Below are positions 20,371-30,461 of a stretch of DNA of 64,000 bases, in pieces; within the stretch, counting starts at the first letter, position 1, and every line of letters begins with the position of its first letter. Location: the IMG/VR virus record IMGVR_UViG_3300023707_000001. One strand, given 5' to 3'. The position numbers were made by a program, and so were the translations under genes. The notes under the pieces are model-generated. The model saw only the letters and a program-made list of their open reading frames with translations. It was not told where the DNA came from and searched no databases. The stretch comes from a virus. Its lineage: Duplodnaviria > Heunggongvirae > Uroviricota > Caudoviricetes.

Positions 20371-21666
20371 CTATTTTAACCCGCCTGGTAAGTCGCCATG
20401 CTTCTCCTGCCAGTCGCGGAGGAATCCATTGTTTTCAGGGGTCTGTTGTACGGACTCTTCTTTGTGTTCGCGAATGGCCTCGGCTATTTTCAGTGGCTCA
20501 AATATGGGGTCGTAACTTGAGGCAGCATCTATGACTTCATCACGATACTGTGGCGCGCGAAGTACTATTCTCGTGGCAAGCGCCTTAAATGATTCGTCGG
20601 AAAGATTGCTTTTTAACATGGTCCGCAGATATCCGCCAGTATTAATGCTGCTGGGGGGTGTTCCCTTTTCTTGTAGCTTGCCAAGATTGATACAGGTTTC
20701 AAGGATAGCTCTCCAAACCTTAGCGGGTTGGCTCTGATATTTAACGATAGAAGTTTTACCGAACCCAAGAGACTCCATCTTCTGGGCCAGGTAATCCCAT
20801 CCAGGGACACCATATTCATCAAATAAAACGAAAGATGACTTTGCTGGAATAAGTGGTGTAGGTGCAGCATTTAATGCAACCACAAACACAAATTCCGTAA
20901 GTTTTTGGCCGGGAGAATTTGTCGATATCTCGTCAGTGTTCAGTATCTTAAACTGAGATTTGGGAGAAGAGTTGATATCATCGATGGCCTTCAGCACTAC
21001 GTTTCTCTTGTAATCATTAGGGCTGGACAGTTTGAATTTTCCGGTTTTTTTGTTAACTGGAGTAGGAACACGCTTTCTTAGCTCATTGTATGGAACGGTT
21101 ATGCGGTAAGGGTATGGTGAATCATTAAACTTTTCTTCCGCAACGCGGGCAGACAACCATTCGTAAAACGGATAGGTATAAGCGCTGGAACTTTGTTCAT
21201 GAAATTCATAGTCCATCTGAAATGCAGGATTGCAAAGAACATTCTCGATATAGAAGTCCTGATACTCCTTATTGATGGTTATTCTCACCAATCCCTTGTT
21301 TTGATTTTGTTTTACGGACGAAAGCAGCCAGTATGTAGCTTTCTTAAAACCCTGATTTTTCTCAGTACTATGTTTGTAGTTAACAGTAACATTGAGAGGG
21401 ACTTTTGTCAGGTCATCAAAGACTTTCTCAAAAGATTGGTAAAGCGAGTGCCAACTTTTAACGTTCTTAGCGACAGCCAACTGGCGAAAATCAATATCAA
21501 AAGTAATGGGGACGGTTATGTCTCCACCATTTTCCACATAGTCTTGTATACCTTTGCGAATCGCTACGATAAAGTCAGATTCGTGTTTTGTAGTTGCCCT
21601 ATTTGGGCTTCCAGAAGCCAGCTCCAGACTGGAAAATAGCGATGTTTGTTCAAAGTTTGATTCCAT
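20371..21666 (-). CDS. Plasmid-type replication initiator (Rep_3/RepB-like winged helix)
   Basis: YTYPFYEWL..YNELRKRV..NDYKRNVVLKAIDDIN pattern; ATG 21666 with GGAGG 9 nt upstream; adjacent iteron array. Confidence 0.75.
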   Translation of the reverse strand: MESNFEQTSLFSSLELASGSPNRATTKHESDFIVAIRKGIQDYVENGGDITVPITFDIDFRQLAVAKNVKSWHSLYQSFEKVFDDLTKVPLNVTVNYKHSTEKNQGFKKATYWLLSSVKQNQNKGLVRITINKEYQDFYIENVLCNPAFQMDYEFHEQSSSAYTYPFYEWLSARVAEEKFNDSPYPYRITVPYNELRKRVPTPVNKKTGKFKLSSPNDYKRNVVLKAIDDINSSPKSQFKILNTDEISTNSPGQKLTEFVFVVALNAAPTPLIPAKSSFVLFDEYGVPGWDYLAQKMESLGFGKTSIVKYQSQPAKVWRAILETCINLGKLQEKGTPPSSINTGGYLRTMLKSNLSDESFKALATRIVLRAPQYRDEVIDAASSYDPIFEPLKIAEAIREHKEESVQQTPENNGFLRDWQEKHGDLPGGLK

Positions 21667-21708
21667 CCCATGCAACCTCCGAATTTTTTCTAAGCTATTA
21701 CAAAGTTA

Positions 21709-21737
21709 ATATTAGCACCGGGAGAAAAGGATTGCAA
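21709..21737 (-). promoter_or_regulatory. sigma-A-type promoter of rep
   Basis: Minus strand TTGCAA-17 nt-TAATAT with TG extended -10; bracketed by iteron-like sites at 21674-21683 and 21747-21756. Confidence 0.65.
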
Positions 21738-21759
21738 GAACATTTTTTCGGAGGTTACA

Positions 21760-22181
21760 TAAGAATAATAATAAAAGAAATAAGAAAAACATATAAGGAC
21801 GCCCTAAAATGGGCTTAACCCGCATAAAATAAGGAGAAACCTCCGAGTTATTTATAAACCTCCGAGCTTTTCGTAGACAACCTCCGAGAAAAAAATAGAC
21901 ATCCTCCGAGTTATCTATAAAAGCCTCCGAGCTTTCCATAGAGCACCTGCGAGTTTTTCATAAAATCCACAGGCTTTTTGTGGATAACTTTGTGGATAAC
22001 CCCTGTGTTTTTGTGGATAAGACCTGCTATAACCCCATTCCAGGCAGGCATCCCCAAAAATCTTATAGAAAACTCGGAGGTGGGGAAAACTTTTTATATA
22101 AAACTCGGAGCGGCCCGATTGCTCCTTTATGTAAAACTCGGAGCTTCACGATTACCTCTATTCTTATGAAAAACTCGGAGG
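21760..22181. other. Iteron/DnaA-box replication origin
   Basis: A-rich tract 21760-21800; six CCTCCGAG direct iterons (21840, 21859, 21881, 21903, 21924, variant 21946); three TGTGGATAA boxes (21979, 21991, 22012); four inverted AAAACTCGGAG (cores 22073, 22104, 22137, 22174). Confidence 0.85.
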
Positions 22182-22247
22182 TCTATAGGTGATTTACATT
22201 ACATAGCCTAGTAATGTACGAACTAGCTAATAGAAGAGTAGTCTTTT

Positions 22248-22703
22248 ATGGAGGATATAATGAGTAAGAAAGAAACTAAAGTGGATATTGAAGAACAGAG
22301 CCAGATTGCTGCACTTGAAGCAGAGGCATTGAAAGCCGAACAGGAAAAGGAAAAGCAGGAAGCGCTTCCTGTTATCCCCGGCACAACGATTACGGCAGAT
22401 GAGCTTGACAAGTTCAAGCAGGAATACAAGAAGGTTTTCCTGACGGACTATATGGGCAACCGTTATCTGTGGCACCGCCTAAACCGTAAGACGTTTGGTG
22501 AAATCTGCGACGCTACGGAGGAAATCAAGGACGATGAAGAACTCCTGGCCGCCCGCGAAAGAGAATTCGTTAAAGCCTGCGTACTGTATCCGGACGCAGA
22601 ACAGGTCGCAAAAGATGTAGAAGATGAAATGATTTCTTCACGCATCTCCCGTGAAATTCTTTTCAAATCCGGATTCTATCAGCCGACAACCGTAGAACTT
22701 TAA
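22248..22703 (+). CDS. Putative tail assembly chaperone 1
   Basis: Acidic ORF before tape-measure region; LNRKTF..CVLYP shared with the next gene; true start may be ATG 22260. Confidence 0.55.
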   Translation: MEDIMSKKETKVDIEEQSQIAALEAEALKAEQEKEKQEALPVIPGTTITADELDKFKQEYKKVFLTDYMGNRYLWHRLNRKTFGEICDATEEIKDDEELLAAREREFVKACVLYPDAEQVAKDVEDEMISSRISREILFKSGFYQPTTVEL

Positions 22704-22721
22704 TGACGAGGTGAAGCCGAC

Positions 22722-23696
22722 ATGAAGATGAAAACGGGCGGAATGACAAAGAAGCAGCCTCACGAGATAGACTTAAAAGAGCTGTACGAGCAGTATCTGG
22801 AAAAATATGGCCAGGTCTTTATGCACGATTTTGGCGAGGCCGGCGTTTTCATATTCAAAAGCCTCGGTCGTAAAGATTTTCGCGAACTGCGGGATACAGA
22901 AGCGATTAACGACTACGCAAAAGAAGAGATTATCTGCGAGCAGTGCGTTCTCTATCCGAAAGATTTTGATTATGAAAACTGTGAGGAGGCAGGGCTTCCC
23001 ACACAGCTTGCAAATCTCATCCTGGAAAAATCGCTCCTTAAAAGCAGTGAACAGCTTGCAACGGCGGTACACTACTTCCGTGACAGGTTATGGGATACAA
23101 CCGATGAGCAGCTGACCTGTATTATTCACGAAGCATTTCCTGAATACTCCATTGAGGAGATTGCAAACTGGGATGTAATGCGGACAGCAGAATACATGGC
23201 CAAAGCAGAGTATATCCTGCATAAGTTAAGAGGTATTCCGCTTACAGATTCCCAGGGCAACGAAGTGGAATATATCCCTGCGTCTGCACGACAGGCACAG
23301 GAAGCAATTCCCGCACCACCACAGAACGCTCCTATGCAGACGATGGAAGAACGCTTTGTAAAGGTGGATAGTGTTACGCCAGCTACAAGCAAGCCGAACC
23401 GCAACGATATTCTTAAGCCGAAGAAGGCTATGCAGCAGCCGGTGCATAACGATGGCAAGGTGCTTCACAAGGACGATGTACTAACACCGCAAAAACTCAT
23501 GGAACTCCAGCGGCTCTATCCGGATATTGACTGGGCTCGCGACAGCGTATCCATGAAGGGTATCAGCGCATTGAAGAACCAGAGCTTCGATGACCGTCCA
23601 ATTGCAGAAATTCCAACAGATGATTCAGAAGAAGGAATGAATGCGATTCCGGAAGCTCTCAGAAGTAGATTCAAGGTAATAAAACAAGAGGATTAA
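22722..23696 (+). CDS. Putative tail assembly chaperone 2
   Basis: LGRKDF..CVLYP N-domain paralogous to the previous gene; directly upstream of giant tail gene. Confidence 0.55.
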   Translation: MKMKTGGMTKKQPHEIDLKELYEQYLEKYGQVFMHDFGEAGVFIFKSLGRKDFRELRDTEAINDYAKEEIICEQCVLYPKDFDYENCEEAGLPTQLANLILEKSLLKSSEQLATAVHYFRDRLWDTTDEQLTCIIHEAFPEYSIEEIANWDVMRTAEYMAKAEYILHKLRGIPLTDSQGNEVEYIPASARQAQEAIPAPPQNAPMQTMEERFVKVDSVTPATSKPNRNDILKPKKAMQQPVHNDGKVLHKDDVLTPQKLMELQRLYPDIDWARDSVSMKGISALKNQSFDDRPIAEIPTDDSEEGMNAIPEALRSRFKVIKQED

Positions 23697-23699
23697 CGC

Positions 23700-26600
23700 A
23701 TGGCCGAAGATAAGCTTTACGAAGAAGCAAATGAGGACCTTGGCGACACACTCTTAGATTATGGCACAAATATAGCCGCCGCAGGTGTAGCGGCGGCTTC
23801 TTTTTATCGTGCCGGCGGAGTGAGGGCGCTGTCGAAAAAGCTTGCAGATTATAGCCACTCCCAGCTAAAGCGGGCAGTGGACGATTTCCGCGGGCTGAAT
23901 TACGACCATATAAATTATCGCACACTGAAAGAATCATACAGAAAAATTCGCGACGGCGTAAAGGATTTTAAGGCCATGCCGCATGATAACCGCATTCGTT
24001 GGGAGGCCCGGCCCGGCACACCAATAGAGCTTATTATGGATGCGGTAAAACTGCGCGAATCCACTGCAACCATTGCGGAAGATGCGAGATGGCAGCGGGA
24101 AGTTGTTCGGCGCATCCAGAAGACGGCATACAAAAACCTGTCCTCTGCACTTAGCGCCGGCGGTGTAAAAAACCGTGACAGCATTAAGCTTGCGCAGGCT
24201 CAAATGGAAAAGTTTGTTAAGCATGTGGCAAGTGAGGCTCGAAAAGGGCGTACTGACTTTGATGCGAATGCGCTTCAAAAACGGTACAAAGTGGAGCATG
24301 CTGGCAGCGACTTTTACCAAAAAGTAATTGATACTGCAAAATCACAGGCGGAAAGATTTTCGCTAAACAAAACCAAACGGAAAGGCGCAAGTATTGAAGA
24401 GCAGCTTGCAGACCGTTTGGAAAGCATTGAAACGCTTGAGCGTGCAGCTGGAGGCAGATATATTCCGGGCAGCACTTGGCGTGACAAACTGCTTGGTGAC
24501 CGTCTGGTAACCATAAAGGATGTATTGGAGCATGCCGATAAATTCAATGATACTGACGGTACGTTGATTATTGGCGGCGACCATTCCGTTAAGGAAAAGT
24601 CTTTCCTTAGACGGGTGCAGGAACTCCACGAAAAATACAAAGAGAAAAACGACAAGGAAATGCTTGAGCGTTTTGAAAACCTTGTTGTAGACCCTCATCT
24701 CCGTAAAGGGGCAAACGGAGAAATTTTCTCACTCGACCCGCTGTATAAGGCAAGACATAAGCTGATGAAAGATGTTGCCTACACAATGCCAGGCAAAATC
24801 TTAAAGGTTAGCGACCTGATGATGTCGGAAAGCACACCAGCTTTCTATCACTTCAAGAAGGGTACATTAAACCCTGTACTTGCGGCACTGGAAGGCCATG
24901 AAGGAAAGCGCATTATGAGCGACTACTTCTATATGGCCGGCAGAGTGTATAGGTATGACGAAGAACACAATAAACTCCTTGAGGATTTCGTAAAGGAACT
25001 GGACGACGGAACATTTTTCTCTACACGCTTCGCTGGGCTTGCCAACCTCTACAAGGATATTAATGGGCTTAATGCGCAAAGGGTAAGAAAAGACGGCTCA
25101 ATCGCTAAAATCTTAGACCTGAATGCGGCCACGGGGATGAATCCGTGGGAATATATTGCAAGCTTTTTTAGCGAAGGAAAAGATAATAAGTATCTTCCGA
25201 ATGTTATCAAGAACATTCGCACAGGGAGACTTGACGCTATCGGAGACGATTTAGACGACGCGTACGAGCGGGTCTCCGACTTAAATATCTTCCTGAATAA
25301 GAGCACAAGAGGCCTCACACTTTCCATGCTCAATTCCCTGGAGGGGGTCGCACGAGCCGGCGCCGGTAAAGATGGCCGTGATGCGCTGGAAATCATTAGT
25401 CTCTTAAAGCTCAATGATGGGGAACAGATATTAGATGGCGTAAAAGGTATGGTTGGGGCGCACGGTGGTACAGATAGTGCGTTTTTGAATAACCGCCTGA
25501 ATAGACTCATCAATAAATTTGCCAGAGATGAGGGGGCCACAAGAGGTTCAGTAGAACTTCTGGAAGATATTTCAGGAGCCTGGAACGATGATGGCGTATC
25601 CGCTGCGGGCGGCCTTGATTTTTACGGCCAGCTACAAAGAGAGTTATCCAAAGAAGCATTGATGCGTCTTGCTGAAAATTCTCGTGAAGCTTCGGGCGGC
25701 CTCTATAATGCCATTAAAGGCATAATCGAAAACAGCGGAATGTCCCACGCGGAAGAGGAAGCGGCAAAACGCCTGGCTTATACCTCGTTTCTGGATAACG
25801 AGACGCAGAACGTATTCACCGGGTTTGGTAAATATCAGCGAAGCACGTTTGACCAGATTGATGGCCAGACGGGCAGAACGCTACTGGAAGGATTTTTATC
25901 CAAATATGTAGCGGTTGCAGGCGGCCAGACAACACGCGAAGGAGAACGTGATGCGGCAAGAGTTATCCAGGATATGGTCAATGATGGCCATGAGTGGCAG
26001 ATGCTGCATGGCGGTGGCCGCGGAGAAATAGATTTTCTCCCCGAGCAGTACATTGAGTCAGACTATGCCATTATCCGAAAAAGTTCTGGCCCGCTCGACA
26101 TCCTGAAGTCATTAAACGAATCTATAAAAGCAGGTTCACTCAACCCATTCAAAGAAGAAGGAATGAACTTCATCAACCAGCTTAAGGCTGGTGGTACGGA
26201 CGCAAGTAACGTGTCCATTATGACAATGATTCCGTACTTCTTCCTGAGAAGGCTTGGTGCAGATGACCTGCCCCCATTTCTGCAATTTTCCAATGAAGCC
26301 CTAAACAGCACATGGGATTTAACCAAGGGTATCGCAAAAAGGATAGCCCCGGTAGTTATCGGTGAAACATACCTTGAATGGGGCGACGATACGGTTGGTG
26401 CAGTAACCGGTATAAGGCCTAGCGCAGGACTTGTCAATGGCCTCGATTACATGGATATCGGAGCCAGAAAGATGCTGGATATGACCGGTATCGGCGGCAT
26501 GCTTGATTCACAGTCCTATGTAAACCCCGTCATGCAGTATTGGGGTGGCCGTGACGGTTATTATGATGCAGATGAAGAGCGCGACTATATTGCCAACGGA

Positions 26601-29600
26601 TATGAAGCAGTAAGACGCGGCCGCTTCTGGGCATTTGGCTCGGTAAACGAATTCCGTGGCTCGACGATTGAGTATTATCAGCCAACACTTACCAGACGGC
26701 TTAACAGTGACTACTACAATAAGTCACTGTATGACGGTTACTGGGATAAGTGGGGGCACTCGCTTTTACCTACGCCGACGGCGCCACTTTCTCCGCTCGT
26801 CTACCTGATGGACCCGTACTATCTGGAAGAAGAGCATAAGGAGGACCGTCCGTACACAGTTTCTGGTACGATGTTCGACAAGGAAACTCCTTGGGGAATT
26901 GTCTTAAATCCGACAATTGGTGAACTTGTAAAACCGGTTGTTAAGATGAACCAGGATAGGTTGACGGATGACGGACAGGATGTAAAAGCAATTATCTATG
27001 GTATCAACCAGCATATCCGCGATACGGCACAGGGCGACCATGCCTATGCTATGGTGTTTGACCGTGAGCAGATTACAGCTGGCGAATACACATCGTATGC
27101 TTCCCCCTCGCTTGGCCAATACAATATCCGTATCGGCAAAGAGCGTGGCGAACAAATGCGTCAAAAACAGCTCGACACCCTTGGCGGCCCAATGGAGCCG
27201 GAACGTCGGTCAACCCTTTACGAGCCAGGTGGTTCTGGTGACGGTTCTGGTGAGATTGGCTTCGGTTTTGGCGGTTCTGGTGGTGGCGGAGGCGGTTCGT
27301 TTGGTGGCCAGTATCCTCTTGACCTTTTAGGCCAGACAAACCGTAAGATTTTCATTGCGGCCGCCCGCAACGAAAACCGAGGCGGAATGATAACCACCGA
27401 CTATATCCATTACAGCAAACTGGATGACATTCTCGGCAGTGAGGATATGAATGACCTGATGAGCGCCGGAGCTGGCGGTGACCTTGTTCACGAAATGTCA
27501 CAGTCCTTAAGACTGATTGGCGGTATCTACGGTTACGGTGCCAATAGAGCCTTTGGTTTTGGTGAACGGGATGGCAAACAGATAGCCGACGCCGGCGACA
27601 TGGATTCCTTCAGCCGTTCCTTCTGGGATGAATCCCTTGGTGGCATCGGTGGAGGTACGGCCGAAATTGCTCGTCGTTTCATTCCGGAATACAGACGAAA
27701 TATTCGTGTCAATCCTCTCTTGAACACCATGCCGGACTGGCTCCCTGAAAAGCTAAGATTTGGTGACCCATACGCACAGCTTCCAAAAGGCGAAGCACGT
27801 CTTCCGGGTAAGGGGTATGAAGCATTAAACGAGCTGCACCCTGACCAGTACGGTGTTTATGGTGCGTATGACCGCTACAAAATTTTGGCAGACGTTGCTC
27901 CAAACTCAACCGAGTTTAAGGTTTGGAAAAAGATTGCAAACGCTACAGTTGAAGACCCTGCTCTTAAAAAGGACATGGAGAAAATCCAGGACCGCGTAAA
28001 CGAGCAGAATAAACAGCACGACTTTTACGATTATCGCATTCTGGGCAAAAATGTAGATTACCAGGATGCAATCATCCAGGAGATAAATAAAGACGGTACG
28101 TTCCGTATTCGTGGCTCCAACAGGCTTCTCACACTCGCGGGGATTGAGTTCGATAAAGAACAGACTCGTGGCGGTTTGGGTAACGACATCATGTTGGAAT
28201 ACATGCATCCGGGACAGAGCGTTACGATTGCGACAGACTCAAGCGAGTATAACCGCGACAATCCGGACGGAACCAACAATGGTGAAGGTACGGTAAATGC
28301 GGCGGTGTTTGTTGACGGTGAGAGCGTTAGCGCCCTCATGCTTGGTGACCACAAAGATGTTATCAAGCGAAAGGATGAACACTTAAACGCGGCAGATGTA
28401 TATGCTTTAACTGGCACATTCGACCGTTTTGTCGGTGGCATAACCGAAGCAATCGCTCATGCCGACCTGCCGCTTATCCACGACCGCTGGCTTCGTGTGC
28501 GTTCGCCTTTGGAATCTTACAAGGCAGAGCAGATATACGGCACACCATATCAGACATGGTCGGATGTATGGGGAACTTACGTGCAGCCTGCCATGGAACG
28601 TGCGGTATCTGACCATTGGGATGTAATCCGTGGAACGGCAGAATGGTTCGCCTTAAATAACCTGCGGGAACGGGAAGGCCTTGGTAAAACCAAAAAGATG
28701 CTTTTATCTGGTGCTGCAGCTCTGATGAACAGAGGGGCATTTATCGGAAGCAGCATCGCAACCTTCCTGCGGCCGGGTGACGGTGAACTTTTCCAGAAAG
28801 GCGGGAAGATTGGCCTTGGACTCTCACTTCTCGGCAATATGTATACAAGCGCCCAGTCCAGTCCGCTTGAAGCGGCAGCAAGTTATGCAACCGCGGGCTG
28901 GATGGCGGCAGATGTTCTGGATGAAGAAAAGGAGAAGTTCACAAAAGAGCTTAGCGGTTCCATAAAGAAATTCTTCCGCAACGAAGAATCTTGGAAGTTT
29001 AGGACAAAAGGCGCCTTTATCGGTGCGGCGGCAGGATTTGCCGTATCCGGATTATTTGGCCCATCACTTGAGGATGGCGACCGTGCACACTGGACGCCGG
29101 ACCGCATAAAGAAAAAGTGGGAACTGGAAGATTACTTCGACCGCCTGACCTACATAAAATACACAGGGCTTTATAATCGTGCGGCAGAGCTTGCAAAAAG
29201 CGAGGAAGGCATAGATGTAAAGAAAATCTTCGATGATTACGAAGAATGGAGCGACTGGCGCCGTGAAATCATGGAAGATTCGGACGTAAACAATACCGAG
29301 TTTACTCATCTTGCCAAGAAGAGAATCCAGCGCGCATTAAATGGTCTGCATGATGAAATATTCGGCGGCGACGACAAAAACAATCATCGCTTTGAATATG
29401 ATAATGGATTTTCCATTAACGACCTGCCAGGTGTAAGAAACGGTATTTTTCACTCCGAAGAAATATCGGAAGAAGAGCGGTTATATACATTAAACGCACT
29501 GGTTACACTTGGTATTCGGTATAATAAGCCTGGTTCTACTCGTACACAGGATGACCGTGACATGACCCAGCTCACGGCATTTGAGCATGTGTACGGTGAA

Positions 29601-30404
29601 AAAATACCAGACTATTATCAGGTTCACCACATCGTTGAGTTCTCGGAAAACGGTGCGGATGACCCGTCCAATATGATTGCGCTGAATCCGGATGACCACC
29701 AGTATATCACCGAACAGCAGAAAAAGATTGCAGAAGGCGACTTTGTTGCAGCTGAAATCGGTGCAAGAACCGCAATGCGTATTGGTGAGTACGGGCGGGC
29801 GGCCCTGCTTTACAAAAAAGCAGCAGAGGCCACCATGTATGGTCTGCGGGCGGATGCCAGATGGACCGATGTTGTAAAAGCGCTTCCAAAATATGAAAGA
29901 GATTACTTTACGGAGTTTATGCGGGAAAAAGACCCGGATAAGCGCGAAGAAATTCTGGAGTCAGCTTCTCCATTCCTTAGACGAGCATTAAAGCAAGTCT
30001 GGAAAATGGACTATGAAGCAGATAAAGGGCCGGACAATGAAGAGTATTTTGAAAGCCATAATCTTCCAAATTTCCAATGGGAAGGCTGGGACCCCGATTC
30101 GGACTTAAATAAGGTAAAAGCAAAAACCATCAAAAATGAAGGTATGCTTTTCTCTGATTTTGGCATATACGAATCCACATATCGTGACCAGGAAGTTATC
30201 AATGCTCCAAACCTTTCACCAAAAGGTGGTGATGACCCAATTACCGTACAGGCAAATTTACAGGCTACGCTTTCGGGCCTTGGACTAATTGGTGTAGAAG
30301 TTTCCGTCGAACCAAAGTCTACAAAGGGAATAACCTCGGTAATTAACGTCACGAAGGTAGCATCGTATAAGCTGGGAGAAACGGTAGATAACCTGTTCTC
30401 CTGA
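23700..30404 (+). CDS. Giant tail/tape-measure-like protein with HNH motif and degenerate SNase-like segment
   Basis: 2234 aa after chaperones; hydrophobic G/A-rich helices; VHHIVEFSENGADDPSNMIALNPDDH at aa ~1975-2000. Confidence 0.65.
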   Translation: MAEDKLYEEANEDLGDTLLDYGTNIAAAGVAAASFYRAGGVRALSKKLADYSHSQLKRAVDDFRGLNYDHINYRTLKESYRKIRDGVKDFKAMPHDNRIRWEARPGTPIELIMDAVKLRESTATIAEDARWQREVVRRIQKTAYKNLSSALSAGGVKNRDSIKLAQAQMEKFVKHVASEARKGRTDFDANALQKRYKVEHAGSDFYQKVIDTAKSQAERFSLNKTKRKGASIEEQLADRLESIETLERAAGGRYIPGSTWRDKLLGDRLVTIKDVLEHADKFNDTDGTLIIGGDHSVKEKSFLRRVQELHEKYKEKNDKEMLERFENLVVDPHLRKGANGEIFSLDPLYKARHKLMKDVAYTMPGKILKVSDLMMSESTPAFYHFKKGTLNPVLAALEGHEGKRIMSDYFYMAGRVYRYDEEHNKLLEDFVKELDDGTFFSTRFAGLANLYKDINGLNAQRVRKDGSIAKILDLNAATGMNPWEYIASFFSEGKDNKYLPNVIKNIRTGRLDAIGDDLDDAYERVSDLNIFLNKSTRGLTLSMLNSLEGVARAGAGKDGRDALEIISLLKLNDGEQILDGVKGMVGAHGGTDSAFLNNRLNRLINKFARDEGATRGSVELLEDISGAWNDDGVSAAGGLDFYGQLQRELSKEALMRLAENSREASGGLYNAIKGIIENSGMSHAEEEAAKRLAYTSFLDNETQNVFTGFGKYQRSTFDQIDGQTGRTLLEGFLSKYVAVAGGQTTREGERDAARVIQDMVNDGHEWQMLHGGGRGEIDFLPEQYIESDYAIIRKSSGPLDILKSLNESIKAGSLNPFKEEGMNFINQLKAGGTDASNVSIMTMIPYFFLRRLGADDLPPFLQFSNEALNSTWDLTKGIAKRIAPVVIGETYLEWGDDTVGAVTGIRPSAGLVNGLDYMDIGARKMLDMTGIGGMLDSQSYVNPVMQYWGGRDGYYDADEERDYIANGYEAVRRGRFWAFGSVNEFRGSTIEYYQPTLTRRLNSDYYNKSLYDGYWDKWGHSLLPTPTAPLSPLVYLMDPYYLEEEHKEDRPYTVSGTMFDKETPWGIVLNPTIGELVKPVVKMNQDRLTDDGQDVKAIIYGINQHIRDTAQGDHAYAMVFDREQITAGEYTSYASPSLGQYNIRIGKERGEQMRQKQLDTLGGPMEPERRSTLYEPGGSGDGSGEIGFGFGGSGGGGGGSFGGQYPLDLLGQTNRKIFIAAARNENRGGMITTDYIHYSKLDDILGSEDMNDLMSAGAGGDLVHEMSQSLRLIGGIYGYGANRAFGFGERDGKQIADAGDMDSFSRSFWDESLGGIGGGTAEIARRFIPEYRRNIRVNPLLNTMPDWLPEKLRFGDPYAQLPKGEARLPGKGYEALNELHPDQYGVYGAYDRYKILADVAPNSTEFKVWKKIANATVEDPALKKDMEKIQDRVNEQNKQHDFYDYRILGKNVDYQDAIIQEINKDGTFRIRGSNRLLTLAGIEFDKEQTRGGLGNDIMLEYMHPGQSVTIATDSSEYNRDNPDGTNNGEGTVNAAVFVDGESVSALMLGDHKDVIKRKDEHLNAADVYALTGTFDRFVGGITEAIAHADLPLIHDRWLRVRSPLESYKAEQIYGTPYQTWSDVWGTYVQPAMERAVSDHWDVIRGTAEWFALNNLREREGLGKTKKMLLSGAAALMNRGAFIGSSIATFLRPGDGELFQKGGKIGLGLSLLGNMYTSAQSSPLEAAASYATAGWMAADVLDEEKEKFTKELSGSIKKFFRNEESWKFRTKGAFIGAAAGFAVSGLFGPSLEDGDRAHWTPDRIKKKWELEDYFDRLTYIKYTGLYNRAAELAKSEEGIDVKKIFDDYEEWSDWRREIMEDSDVNNTEFTHLAKKRIQRALNGLHDEIFGGDDKNNHRFEYDNGFSINDLPGVRNGIFHSEEISEEERLYTLNALVTLGIRYNKPGSTRTQDDRDMTQLTAFEHVYGEKIPDYYQVHHIVEFSENGADDPSNMIALNPDDHQYITEQQKKIAEGDFVAAEIGARTAMRIGEYGRAALLYKKAAEATMYGLRADARWTDVVKALPKYERDYFTEFMREKDPDKREEILESASPFLRRALKQVWKMDYEADKGPDNEEYFESHNLPNFQWEGWDPDSDLNKVKAKTIKNEGMLFSDFGIYESTYRDQEVINAPNLSPKGGDDPITVQANLQATLSGLGLIGVEVSVEPKSTKGITSVINVTKVASYKLGETVDNLFS

Positions 30405-30416
30405 TGATTATTATTT

Positions 30417-30450
30417 AGGCGACTGCGTCCTGCAGCCGCCTTTTGTTTTT
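30417..30450 (+). terminator. Intrinsic terminator
   Basis: aggcgactgc-gtcct-gcagccgcct-tttgttttt. Confidence 0.6.
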
Positions 30451-30461
30451 AGGAGACATGA

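Noticed and set aside
21840-22181. Regularly spaced short repeats as a CRISPR array
   Set aside because: Repeats are 8-11 bp, in both orientations, with DnaA boxes and an adjacent rep gene; no cas genes. These are iterons
21594-22192. Short ORFs across the origin
   Set aside because: Overlap iterons and DnaA boxes, lack RBS, and have repeat-derived translations
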